A DNA stretch of 64,000 nt. It comes from Octopus vulgaris (lineage: Eukaryota). Positions 12,205 through 24,745 of the stretch are shown in pieces. The stretch's first letter is position 1. Each line of letters starts with the position of its first letter. The stretch is from assembly GCA_951406725.2 (NCBI GenBank), contig OX597815.1, forward strand, positions 187,426,001-187,490,000. Reading direction: 5' to 3'. A program made the translations under genes and the position numbers. The notes under the pieces are model-generated. The model was given only the letters and a program-made list of their open reading frames with translations. It was not told the DNA's origin and did no database searches.

Positions 12205-14689
12205 GTCTAAATAAATTGTAGTTATCTTCTATATCTGAATTCAAATACTTTTAATCATCCTATTATAATTGCCTATAATTTGTAATTATCTGCTTGGCCA
12301 CTGTGGAAATGATAATAATGAAGTTGCAAATATAACTTCATAGCTCTAAATATTAGTCTGTGGAAAAACAAAATTGATACAGCTTATAAATATATAAATA
12401 TTGAAAATATAATGTTGATGCTAACTTTAATTAATGAATAGTTTAATCTACACATCTTTATTCGTCAGCAAATATTTTTGCTGAAAATTTCTTCATATTT
12501 CTTTTCCTAGCAACCAATTAATTCATTATTTGATTTGAAGAGGGAAAAACAGTATCAAGAAATGCAGTATTAATGTCATTGTCCTTTGATATTATTGTAC
12601 TGTTCATTTTCGTTCTGCTTTGTCCTATGTTATCTTTGTCTCTGAAGTCCAGCTTCCTCAAAGTTGACCTCAACGCTTCCTGTGCATCCATTAACTTGCA
12701 GCACTTTTTCACCTGTATGTATAATTTATTTGCATCACACATCTCCACTAGGGCATTGCTCACACAAACTAATCCCTTTGATACTCAATGACAATTTCAG
12801 TTCATTTATGCTCGGTCTTTGAGTTAATTTAATGCTGGACATTCGATGAATTCTATTCAGTTCATTATTTCTAATCATTTGCAGATCATTTACATTAATT
12901 GCTCAGGTCTGATTGCCATATGCATTATAATTCTTACACATGCTTCATATATTTTGCTTTTTACCTTGAGATAGGAGAGAAAGAAAGAGAGAGAGAGAGA
13001 GAGAAGAAAGAAACTTTCTGGGCTTCTTACTCTGGCCAATCAGTTTTTACCTGTAACAAATTCAATTTTAGTTCGATAACCCAAATAACAGAACATTAAG
13101 AATAATTTGAAGAGCCCACATGGTTCCAGTGTTGCAGCATTTCCACTTTGGAACCATATCCCAAACAGAATAAAAATTGCTCCATCAGACCTGTCTGAGG
13201 CACAGACCTTATGATTATGTTCTTAGAAATACCAAATCTTAAGGCAATTTAAACTGAAACCGTTCCACCACTTGAACTCTTATTGCAACATTGAACTTCT
13301 GATGTGATAATCATAATGGCAAAAGCTGATCACCTTTACTTGATGTTTCATTCTGCTGTCAATTATCTTCCAATTTTTGATACATTTGATATCTAGGATC
13401 CTCCTCAGTTTGCTATATCTTTTGTACAGCCAGTGTTTAGACATAAAATTAACTCCATTCCATTTCCTATTTTCCAGAGTTTATTGAATACTTGTGTTCT
13501 TCATTGATACTTAGGTATTTATAGTTCTTTGATTAATAAAAAAAAAGAAAAAATACTAACAAAAAAAACGTACATTTGTGCACAGAAATTTCCATTTTCG
13601 TTAATTAGATGACTAACCAAGTTTGTCAGACTATTTCCATTGCCTACATGTGTTCATATGTTTTTCCATGTGCATTCATATAATGTTGACCAAACTCATT
13701 CTGAGAATCTAGTTATTTCTCAGAAATTAATTATCTCTGACATACTCTTCTCTACATTCATAAACAGTGTTTATACTGTCTGCTTGTAAGCAAAACATAC
13801 TTTTGTGCTTATGTTATTATCTCACACATACACCACCTGCTTCTAGATACACGTCTCATGCTCATACAACTTGAACATCTGAAATGATCCATGCACCTTT
13901 TTCAATGAATAGACACCTTGAGAAAACCCAGCAATACAGATACAATATACTTTTAAAAACGTAAACACAATGTTTAATCTGAACTTAGAAACTGCATACC
14001 ACCTTCACCAAAATCAACACCTTGTCAGTTCATTGTCTTATTCCTCATCTCCCACACCAAAAGGCCGTTTCATGAACTCCCTTCTCTAACATGTAATAAT
14101 TTAAGTTAAATATTAACCATCTCACTACTTTTATGTTCTAATATGTCAAGACTTGGAAATGATATATCATTACTTCCAGTTGACAGATTAATTAATGAAA
14201 ATAAATCATTCATTAATGCATGCTTTTCTATTAGCTTTTGAAAGTTGATTTATTAGTTTTGTAGAAAACCTTGGTATTATTGATAATCATACCATGTTTC
14301 AATTTATCTGAGAAACTTTAGGTTGCAGTAACCTTCAAAGTATAAGTGAGGGATGTTTGCCCTGCTTATCATATTAAATACTGAAGGTGCTGATAAAAAT
14401 GCTTTTTCTTTTTCAATATAAAAGAATTACAAATAACTACCAAGTGTTTCAGCAGATGATAGCAAACTAGAAAATAAAATTGGAGTAGATGCATAGATTT
14501 TACATATGTGAGGCAAAATGAGAAAAATTACTGGCCAACACAGATAGTGCCAAAAAGGAAATAAGGAATATACAGAGTTCAACAGAAGAAAGCAGAGAAA
14601 GTTGTTTGAAGATCAAGCCAAATGCAAACATGTCTGTTTCATGGAAAAACAAGTTCAAAATGGCTTGTTAAGCAGTGAAAGGACTAACT

Positions 14690-15000
14690 ATTAAAGACAA
14701 TTTACTAGCATTTAAGCTGAAAATGGGGAAATATTTTACAAAAACAGGCAATTTCTGAGTATTCGAGGAAAAACTGCTTTTAGTTGTGTACATTCCAGGC
14801 TAATATGAACTCAGCAATTTTGAATTGTTTTCTTTGCATCAATAAAAACAATATCTTAGTCACACAGAAGGATGTTTGTAACACTGCAAAATCCTGTTAA
14901 AATGCGAAATTACTTAGAAATTATCAAAATCGTCGATATTGGTGCTTGAGGATGATGAAACTACAGGCATCTTATGATAATTTGATCTGGTACACAGCAG
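14690..15000 (+). pseudogene. Possible highly decayed hAT (DUF4371/ZMYM1-like) transposase fossil
   Basis: Manual translation gives NLLAFK...TGNF* (14699-14758) and later ILVLEDDETT (to 14965). These echo the LAFRG...GNFL and DETTD motifs, with many stops. Confidence 0.35.
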
Positions 15001-16083
15001 AATTGCCAACATTGTATTAGTCATCGCACTTTTCTAAGAAAGACAACCCTAACTACTTACATATTCAGCAACAATGAGAACATACAACATCAGTGTTGAA
15101 TGTTTAGAACATGTATGAGAAAAATATAAAAATACTATTAAAATAGTTTTAACCAATGGTAAAGGAGTATGTCTACTTGGGGCACCCAACCAATATGTAC
15201 TGAGACAAGGATGCTGAAATTTTCCAGAGAATAAGGACAGGATGGAAGGCATTTGCCTTGATAAAAAAAAAAATGTGCAAAACTGGATAAGGCTCTATAT
15301 GCCAGTCTCTTCAGTGTTCCATCCTACCTGGTCTCTTATATGCAAGTGAGATTTTGGGCTACTACAAAGAGAGAGAAGCCCTTTTCTTGCAATAAATACA
15401 TCCAAAGCAAAATTTTTTCATGGACCCTTACTGATGTTGTTGAGCAAACAACATCAGTTGACTATGATGCAAAGAGCCATGGAAAGATCCATTCTAAGAG
15501 TATATCCCAAATGAGGCAATTTGAGACTGGAGTGGAATGAATGATATGATTGCAGAATATCAAAAGCACAAATTCCACTGAGCTGGAAATGTTGCAAGGT
15601 GGATCTGTGAGGTTGCCAAGTGATGTCCAAGAGATGCCACACAATGATTTTTATTAAACGATTTAGGCCATGATGAAAAAGAAGTGTGCAATCAAGAAAG
15701 GATTGTAAGTGCATTGTGACCAGTGGTGTATAACAACATCTGATACTCTTGTCAATGTAGATGGTTAATGTATCTTCTGTTAGAATAAAACATAGCTTAA
15801 TGTTTGTGACTGACTGCTTTGAAAAAACAAACAAAGCCTATCAAAAGCAGAACAGTAATTATTCTACATAAAGTTGATGTTAGAAGTGGGCTGGACAAAT
15901 AACTCTTCTAGCAATAAAATACACAAAGAATATCACTGTAACACTTAGAATGAAGGTTGTTATTCTTCAAAAAAAGAATAAAAAAAAACAAAGAATTCAG
16001 GCAGTGGAAATTAAATGCCACTGTATGGTCTGCTTTCTTTTTGCTGCTGAAATATCTTTTAAAATAATAGACACAGCCATTAA

Positions 16084-16303
16084 CCCTTTTGATACCAACC
16101 TGGCTGAAACTGCCTCTAGCTCTGTAGTACAAATGTCTTGTTTTCAAAAGTTCTGAATTAAAATCTCCCACGTAACCATAGTCATAATTTATGTTCCTAA
16201 CACTTGCTTAATGATAATTAAGTTATTTTACTAAATTCTTTGTTATATTTTAAATTAAGTGAAAGAAACACAGCATCTCAACAGAAATATTGTAACAAAA
16301 GGT
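16084..16303. mobile_element. piggyBac-type MITE family D
   Basis: TTAA flanks at 16080 and 16304. Termini cccttttgatacc / tgtaacaaaaggt. Confidence 0.92.
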
Positions 16304-16430
16304 TTAAAGCATTTGATAAATTTTTGTCTATCAACAACAGACAGTAGCAATGAAGTATGGGTACATGTGAAGGCCACAGTGTCTAACTAAAACCCTGTGC
16401 AAGAGAGGAAACATAGTGAAATAATATTAA

Positions 16431-16653
16431 CCCTTTTGTTACCATATTTCTGTTGAGATGCTCTGTGTTTCTTTCAATTAATTTTGAATATACCAAAGAA
16501 TTTAGTAAAATATCTTAGTTATCCATTAAGCTAGTGTTCGGAACATAAATTGTGACTAAGGTTTGGTGGAAGGTTTTAATTCAGAACTTATGAAAACAAG
16601 ACATTTGTACTACAGAGCCAGTGGCGGTTTCAGCTGGGTTGGTAACAAAAGGG
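16431..16653. mobile_element. piggyBac-type MITE family D, inverted relative to 16084-16303
   Basis: TTAA-cccttttgttacc ... ggtaacaaaaggg-TTAA, a perfect 13-bp TIR. Confidence 0.95.
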
Positions 16654-16861
16654 TTAAGGATGGACCAACCAAATATTTTTGTCAACTCTCAAAAGACAGT
16701 GGAAATCTGAAAGTGTGTGGTCTTTTATCTGTAGAGTTGAGTTTACTCCCAACAGCTATGGGGCTGACGGTGATAATTACTGTTTTGGAGCTTAAGAGGT
16801 ATTAAATAAACATCAATAAAAATGTCTTTACTTTTATGGTTGTATTATTTGTTTTGATTAT

Positions 16862-17060
16862 AAGGTGGCAATCTGGCTGAATTGTTAGAATGCTGGACAT
16901 AATGTTTTGCAGCATTTCAGCCATTTTTACATTCCGAGTTCAAATTTCACCATGGTTGTCTTTGCCTTTCATCCTTTTTGGGGGTTGATACAATAAGCAC
17001 CAGTTGATATAATCACTTGCCCGAAATTACTGACCTTGTGTTAAAATCCTGAAACCATTA
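16862..17060 (+). mobile_element. SINE family B2 (older subfamily)
   Basis: aaggtggcaatctggctgaa head, gagttcaaattt B-box-like motif, ctttgcctttcatcctttt core and ccttgtg...gaaaccatt end. Confidence 0.8.
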
Positions 17061-17502
17061 TTTCTATTGATTATATTTCTAGAAATATAAAAACATGATT
17101 GCCAACATCCTTCACTTCTTTCTTTCTTTTCTTTTTTTTTACCAACCACCATAGTTTCCAACTTCTTCAGTTAGCCACATCATTACTTACAATAAGGGAC
17201 CCTCTGTAGGATTGTTCAACATCTTAGAAATTGTTGAGTGTGATTTGAGAGAAATTTGGCTGCTGGGTTGGGAGAGGAAGATCACATTAGACAATGCAAT
17301 CATCAAAAAAAAAAAGAAAGAAAGCAAAAAGGTAGGTTAGTCATAACTGGAATGCTTTTAATTATAGGTCTCCTTAATCAGAACTAACCTGGGATTAAAT
17401 AACAACCATCCACATCGCATTCATTCATTCATTTATAACAGGTTATTTGGCTAACATGTTTACTGAGCTTAAAGCATAACTGAGAGAAACCAAATGTATT
17501 AA

Positions 17503-18174
17503 CCCCTTACCCAACAATTATTTTGAAAATAAATGTATTTTTTTCAGACATATTTTTTAATTGTTTTATTTTACTATGTTTTGAATGGTGATTTCAAGGT
17601 ATATTTCAAACCTTATTTATTATGAATTATGTACTCCTGTTTCTGCTTCGAAAGGGAAGCGCGAAGGGGGCGGAGCCATATCATCTCCTAATCTAAGTCG
17701 GTGCCAGTCTCTTGCATCTACCTCATCCTCATCTTCAGTTTCTTCACTTGAATAAAACTCTTCTGACGAACTTTAACTCTCATCAGATGTATCCAACCCT
17801 CCAAGAGAAGCTTCATAATCGCCATCATCATCAGAGCTCGACATGGTGGGGTTATAATATAAAGGTATAAAAAAAACAAAGTGAATACTTCTATTTATAA
17901 AATGTGCCTTCCAACCCTTCGACTGTCTCCAGGTGACTAAATTATACTCGGTTTTCAATGCCTTACTCAAGCGAAAGGTGGCAGAAATCGTCACTGCCAG
18001 ACGTATAAAGTGAGCGAATATACTCGTATATGTCAAAAAAGAGTTTATAATAGACAAAGGAACTCGTTTGCTGTCGATTTTGGCAAGTCTATCTTTTGAC
18101 GAGTTAACTCGCCAGAGATAGAAAAAAAACGATTTCGGTCAAAACGCATATATTTGTTTCTGCCGGGTAAGGGA
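17503..18174 (-). mobile_element. Internally deleted piggyBac element with a transposase N-terminal remnant
   Basis: TTAA at 17499 and 18175. Imperfect TIR ccccttacccaaca / tgccgggtaaggga. Minus strand 17844-17620 reads MSSSDDDGDYEASLGGLDTSDES*SSSEEFYSSEETEDEDEVDARDWHRLRLGDDMAPPPSRFPFEAETGV, an acidic leader plus a W...PPxRFPF motif as in PGBD4-like transposases. Confidence 0.8.
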
Positions 18175-18199
18175 TTAAATTTATCTAAGGAAAGTATTG

Positions 18200-18248
18200 T
18201 TAATGTAATCAACTAGACAATTTAATATTGTCTAGTTGATTACATTAA
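18200..18248. repeat. Perfect 22-bp inverted repeat with 5-nt loop
   Basis: ttaatgtaatcaactagacaat-ttaat-attgtctagttgattacattaa. Confidence 0.95.
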
Positions 18249-18269
18249 ATAGTATTCAAGTAACTATTT

Positions 18270-18755
18270 AAATTCGATGACTGGCATCTGTTCTAGCAGG
18301 GTGCAAAGAGCACATAAAAGGTACCATTCGAGTGTGATTATTACCAGTGTCACCTTACTGGCACTAGTGCCCATGTTAGTAGGGTGACAAGAGCACCATC
18401 CGTGCGTGATCATTACCGGAGCGGCTAACTGGCTTCCGTGCTGGTGGCGCATAAAAGGGCACCATTTGAGCGTGACTGTTACCAGCGTCACCTTACTGGC
18501 ACCTGTGCTGGTGGCATGTGTAAAAAGATTCGAGCAAGGTCATTGCCAGTACCACCTGACTGGCCCCCATGCTGGTAGCACGTAAAAAGCACCCACTACA
18601 CTCTTGGAGTGGTTGGTGTTAGGAAGGGCATCCAGCTGTAGAAATTCTGCCAGATCAAGATTGGAGCCTGGTGCAGCCATCTGGTTCGCCAGCCCTCAGT
18701 CAAAATTGTCCAACCCATGCTAGCATGGAAAGCGGACATTAAATGATGATGATGA
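18270..18755 (+). mobile_element. Element family C with expanded internal modules
   Basis: Several tggcac(a/g)taaaa-gcacc modules, then aggaagggcatccagctgt and a (gat)n tail. Confidence 0.9.
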
Positions 18756-20229
18756 CCCTGGTTTTGGAATAAAAACATCATGTTCTTGCATATCATAAAA
18801 GGCAATAAAACTGTTTGGAACAGGAAGGTTCTTCTGTTCATAAAACACTGCCTGGGAAAACATATTCAGTCAAAAATTATCAAGATGTAAAATGAAGATG
18901 ATAATGGTTAGCTAATCACTCCTCTGATTGCCAAGTTGAAGTTAAATACAATGTAGAAGCTAACGATGTAGCAACTCAAATTCAAGGGTGCCAGACTTTT
19001 GGACAGCTTCTAAGTGTTTGGTTGGCTGCCTCCATGTTTTAAATATACTACGGCAGAAACTGGCTGAAGCTAGTCCACATCACAACAATACAACTGAATT
19101 CAGTTTCAATTCTAATAAAAAGATTGAACCTACTTTTTCAGTTTTGATAAATAAGATTACATATTTTTATCTGTTAATTGAATTCAGAGCAATATTGGTA
19201 ATCTATATTAAAGAGAGAGAAGGAGGAGAGAGAGAGAGAGCAAAAGAATGAGAGGAGGAGGAGGAAAAAACTGGAAATACTGGAAGCCTATAAAATTTGC
19301 TATTGATAAAAAGAAGAAAAAAAATCAGATTCATTGTAAATAAAATTCAAAGAATTCAAAACATGGTATTTGTTTGAAAACATGCTTTGATGTAAATGGG
19401 ACATTCTAAACAAATTTTATAAAGTATTTTATTATTGGTGCAGAGTTTTTGATAACTTGGAACAAGCTATGGAGAATTGTTCTGTAATTCTCTTCCTTCT
19501 TTTTTTCATTTTTTTCTTTTTTTTTTAAAGCTTGGTGACATGTTTTTTATTCATAGGTGAAACTCAGTTGCTTTATGATTTAAATATAATATTAGTCAAA
19601 ATTCTAGTTAGGATTTTGTCCTATGATCGTACAAGTATTTTCTGTTAAAAAAAAAAAAAATCTGAATATTTGTTTGGTATTTATTCAGCTATCAAATGTC
19701 AGCAAACTTTGATGTTTTCCACAATAGACTGTTTGCGTATACATATTTTTGAATGGCAGTAAATTTTTTGCATATTGGGTTGTGTAAGTAACGAAATATA
19801 AATGTCCTGATAAGTGATCTCATAAATGCTGCTTAGGAAAATTGCTGAAAAGATAACTTGTCTGGTTAAATTAGTCTTCACAATTTCAATCTTTGTAAAA
19901 TCTTTGTTAATCTAAATTTTTTTTTTTAGTTATTTACCATTAGAATATATTTCTATTTATCTTTCCTTGTTAACAAGCACAAAAGCTGAAGGATTTTGTT
20001 AGATTTTTGTTCTTCAGAAAAAAAACTGTTACTATGTACAAAGCTATTACCAAGCAGCATCATGAAGAAAAAAAGGCAAACATTCCTCAAAGTAATTTAT
20101 AATACTATGGTTGGAATTGTTAAGTTGTAAGACCTTAGTATTGGTAAATATCTTTTTTAAAATTCTATAACTCAAATATTCTACATTATTTACATTTGAC
20201 GGATATTTGTCCTCATCTTGTTTGTTGTT

Positions 20230-20275
20230 AACACAATGTTTTGGCTGATATACCCTCCAGCCTTCATCAGGTGTC
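20230..20275 (-). ncRNA. Minimal hammerhead ribozyme motif (GAAA mutated to AAAA)
   Basis: Minus strand: gacac-CTGATGA-A-GGCTG gagggtatat CAGCC-AAAA-CATT-gtgtt. Confidence 0.5.
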
Positions 20276-20365
20276 TTGGGGAAATTTTGAACCTGGGTTC
20301 TCATTCCTAAGGTATTTTTCGATGTTATTATTATTATTATTATTGAGTTTGATTCCAGGCAGTGA

Positions 20366-20397
<32 letters not shown>

Positions 20398-20444
20398 TCC
20401 AAAAATACCTTAGGAATGAGAACCCAGGTTTGAGATTTCCCCAA

Positions 20445-20490
20445 GACACCTGATGAAGGCTGGAGGGTATATCAGCTGAAACATTGTGTT
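20445..20490 (+). ncRNA. Minimal hammerhead ribozyme motif
   Basis: gacac-CTGATGA-A-GGCTG gagggtatat CAGCT-GAAA-CATT-gtgtt. Stem I gacac/gtgtt, 5-bp stem II, both core boxes present. Confidence 0.6.
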
Positions 20491-20599
20491 AACAACAAAC
20501 AAGATGAGGACAAATATCTGTCAAATGTAAATAATGTACATAATTCCTCATCTCTTAAATATATAACTGTATTATCAGATATTCTACTTCATAAAAGAT

Positions 20600-20820
20600 T
20601 TTTTTGATTTCATGTTGCTCCAGTCCTCTCACCTGGCAAAAATGAGTAGTACCTGTATTTCAGCGGGGCCAACCTTGTCTCATTCTGTATCATGCCGAAT
20701 CTCCCTGATAACTACATAAAGGGTATACATGTCTGTGGAGTGCTCAGCCACACTTGCGTGTTAATTTCACAAGCAAGCTATTCTGTTGAGCTCTTGCCGT
20801 CATAACCGATGGAGTGCCAA
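20600..20820 (+). mobile_element. SINE family F, body and 3' part
   Basis: Homologous to 56354-56605 (gagtagtac.tgt.tttca...catgtctgtggagt.ctc.gcca). Confidence 0.8.
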
Positions 20821-22361
20821 TTATGGTTGATGACAGCAATGATACTACTGTGTGCAAATTATATTTTTCTAATCATTCAGAACTTAGATTCCCATATTAA
20901 TTTCTTTATAATCAAATTGTTATTGTTTTATAAATAAAACAAAATAAAATAACTAAATTAATTAAATAAAACTTAATATTTATTCAGTTTCCTGTTAATT
21001 TCAAAATGCATTTTATTACAATAAAGAGATGACTGGTGCCTTATCAAAAAAACATAACTTACTGTTACTAGCTATATAGTGTATTTCCACAACTGCTTCA
21101 GTTTTTGTTAAAGGAGTTTCTTGGCATAATAATTTTCTTTAAAAGAAAATATGATTCCAACACTTCCTAAGTACTAGAATCACAATGTCAATTCTTAAAG
21201 TCTCAGTTACCACACATCTACTCAAATTGGATGGCATTCACTGAATAATACACAAAAGCATATCTACATATCTAGATTCAAAAATCTATGGATAAATCTA
21301 TGAACTGGGAGTGAAATCCCTGAAACAAGACTTGATATATTGCAGAAAACCACTCAGTAAGTAACCCAATCTACTCTAAATGAATGAACATAAATTCCTG
21401 TCCTATCTTAACACTGCATAGAATAATAATGCTGAATCAATAGAATGTAGCCTTTGCAATAACAGATACATGCTAGCAAATGTTACAAACTCTCTTCAAA
21501 AGATATGAAGAATTTCTCTCATTACAAAAATAATTGGTACTGCCAATCATTGTTGCTTCACTTCCACTTGGTGCTATTCACAGTATTGATTTTCATTCAC
21601 AAAATAACTCCCGTTTCTAACTTTGATACAACCAATAATAGTGATGTTTTTATTAGTCTCAATAGTGATTTGAAGAAAATTATTGATAAATGTAACCATC
21701 TGAATTTTCATTCTCATATCATCAATGGAGATGATGAAAATTTTCCTAAGCAATTAAACCTTCACTATTATGATATAATACACTTTCACAAAAATGACAT
21801 TAGCATGCATTATGCTCTCCGTTGAGCATAATGCATGTTGATTATATAACTTCCTTAACTAAAAAGTAATGAGGATATTTAGCTTTATTAAATTTTTAAT
21901 TTGATATAATGAGTATATTGAAACAGCATTTCAAAAGATAAAACTCTTAAATGATGAACATATAAATACCATATTTTGAGTTCATTTAAGAACCTAACTC
22001 TTATGAAGACACAGGGTCCTGTTATCAAAGTTAAGTATGCTTATAAAAGGGCTTAATTTTATTTTAAAAGAAAATTTGACTACAAGTTTTGATGAAAGAA
22101 ACGCTCAAAAGATGATAGTTCTTTGAGGTGACTGTATGTGCAGAAAGCCAAAGTTATATACCTATTGCTGAATTTAATCTACATAATATTAAAACTCAAC
22201 TAATGAAAATTTATAGAGAAAATAAATTCTCTCTGATGAGGGACATTAAAATTTATATTTTAAATTAGAGCATAAATAGGTGCTTCCATTTCATTCTTAA
22301 CTGAAAATATTGAAATGAACTGCAGCTTACCAAGTCTAATTTAAGAAAAAAAAAAATCTTG

Positions 22362-22544
22362 TATTCTTTTATTTGTTTCAGTCATTTGACTGTGGCCATG
22401 CTGGAACATCACCTTTAGTCAAACAAATCGACCTCAGGACTTATTCTTTGTAAGCCTAGTACTTGTTCTATTAGTCTCTTTTGCCGAGCTACTAAGTTAC
22501 GGAGACGTAAACACACCAACATTGGTGGGGGGACAAACACAGAC

Positions 22545-22580
<36 letters not shown>

Positions 22581-22712
22581 GATGGGCTTCTTTCAGTTTC
22601 CATGTACCAAATCCACTCAAAAGGCTTTGGTCAGCCCAAGGCTGTAGTAGAAGACACTTGCCCACGGTGCCATGCAGTGGGACTGAACCTGAGATCATAT
22701 GGTTGGGAAGCA
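22362..22712 (-). mobile_element. SINE family A
   Basis: Family A tail, body and most of the head. Confidence 0.9.
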
Positions 22713-23590
22713 GTTAGTGTATCTAATTCATTTAATTTGCCATGCTTAAACTACAATAAATCTATTTTGTTTTCGTATGTGGTTTGCAAGATTCTTTATG
22801 TGAATTCGTGTCTTGAAGCATATTTTATTGTGCCTGGGGATAGTCATTCTTTATTAGTGCCTTATTAATTTAACATACTCACTGGTCTGATTTCTTCATT
22901 TACTTATTTATTATTTTTTATTATAAGTAAATGATTGGAAATCAGAGCGGTGAGTGTGTTAAATTAATAAGGCATTAAAAGAGTCTCCCCAGACACAATA
23001 CAATAAAGCTAAATTTATATAAAAGAAACTTTCAAAGTTCATTTCATCTGAACTACATTTACCTATTACTCACTAATGATGATATGGATCAGTGGGTATA
23101 TATTTTATAACCTACATAATGTCGTTATTAAATTTATCCCATATAAGAAAGCTGGTAACAAAGAAAATCAGTTTGAAGCCAAACATGAGATTGAGTTTAA
23201 AATCAAGAAAAGTGTAAACTATATAAACTGGAGTGAAATGAAAGTGATGGCAAGAAAGATAAGTTTCTTGCTGACTACAAACCTATTTATAACCAAAGCT
23301 ATCACAAAAGATTAAATATTGTAATAAATACATTGAAATAAACAGAATCAATCCCCACCCCAGTCCTTTTGAAAGGAAACAGATGTTCAATAAATCATAA
23401 AAATTAAAATACTTCAAGCATAAATATTATTAGAAAAGAAAAAATTATATCTTTTATCTAACCAAAGTAATATTACTAATCAATTTGTTAATGGTGGGAT
23501 CATGTATAGAAAAAAAAAAGGAAATTGTCATATCAAATATTTTAAACCCATGCCAGCTTGGGACATGGGCGTTAAATGATGATGGTTTAA

Positions 23591-23810
23591 CCCTTTTGTT
23601 ACCATAATTCTGTAGAGATGCTCTGTGTTTCTTTCAATTAATTTTAGATATAACAAAGAATTTAGTAAAATAACTTAGTTATCATTCAGCTAGTGTTAGG
23701 AACATAAATTGTGACTAAGTTTTGGTGGAAGATTATAATTCAGAACTTTTGGAAATGACACTTGTACTACAGAGCTAGAGGTAGTTTCAGGTGGGTTGGT
23801 ATCAAAAGGG
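23591..23810. mobile_element. piggyBac-type MITE family D
   Basis: TTAA-cccttttgttacc ... ggtatcaaaaggg-TTAA. Confidence 0.95.
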
Positions 23811-24627
23811 TTAAATAATTAAAATGTAATTTTTTTATTACTCTAAAATACAAGAATGAAATTTGAGGTGTTATAAAATGTGTTAAACTAGAGTTATGTA
23901 ATTAAGACCCCTCCCCCCAATCAGATTAAAAGCAAACTTTTGCTTATTTATGACAGAAAATACTTGAATTTTGTGTTTTTTTGTGTGTCTCTACTTCATG
24001 AGCTCATAGCAACTGGAAATCAGTTTTTCAGCCTTTAACAATAGATTTATGCTTTTCAATAAATAATAGCATTCAACAACCTTATTCTTACTATTCACAA
24101 ACATTCTGAGGTCAATAAAATAAAGTAACATTCAAATGTTTGAAGTGTGATAACATCTCTCCTAAAATTTCAGCCCTTGTTCCTATGTCAGAAACAATAT
24201 GTTTTTTTTGATAGTATATTCATGTCAGCAACTTCAAAAGTCTCTGCTAATCCACCAGTCTGCTGTGGATTTTGTTTGTATTAACCACAGTTAGTTCAAA
24301 AGAACCACCTGTCACTCCATTCACAGAGTCACAAAGTATTGTAACTTGACCTGTACTTGTCTCAATTACTGAGAGTTTATGTTTCTTTCCTTCTCTCTTC
24401 TCTGTCAGGAGAAGCTCTTGACATCCTCTCTCATTCTCTCTTTCAGTTGAGAAATAAAAGAAGTTTTCAAAGGCTAAAGATTGTTCACTTATTAATATCC
24501 ATACACAGTGAGCCCTCATAAACCACATAGTGTAGGTAGGAAAGAGTATCCGTTTTAGCTGATTGTCCAAGTTAACTAATACTAGATGTTAATGTCTTTG
24601 ATTTTGGGTATATGGAACAATAATACA

Positions 24628-24745
24628 GATAAAGCTTAATTTTTATTTTAAAACTTCACATTATTTCTTTGTAATTTCTTATGAAGTTTACTTGCTAAAC
24701 TAGAAATATATTTCAAATTTTTGCTTTTGGCTGCAAGGATAAATC
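24628..24745 (+). repeat. 118-bp direct duplicate of 32718-32835
   Basis: gataaagcttaatttttatt...ctgcaag.ataaatc occurs at both loci with only a few substitutions. Confidence 0.9.

Larger units (their letters stand above)
20182..20571. mobile_element. Palindromic Penelope-like non-autonomous element with ~165-bp inverted arms
   Basis: 20182-20344 is the reverse complement of 20370-20538 with few mismatches. The 25-nt spacer is gagtttgattccaggcagtgacctg, (AAT)n tracts lie inside both arms, and each arm carries a hammerhead core. Confidence 0.85.

Noticed and set aside
21802-21839. 14-bp hairpin catgcattatgctc/gagcataatgcatg
   Set aside because: Real but short and isolated, with no supportable function. 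Bacterial-type terminators do not apply to this eukaryotic DNA.
22233-22245. CTGATGAG as another hammerhead
   Set aside because: No closing stem II and no GAAA box at a suitable distance.
24247-24570. 107-aa minus-strand ORF as a host exon
   Set aside because: No recognisable domain and no convincing splice-site pair.
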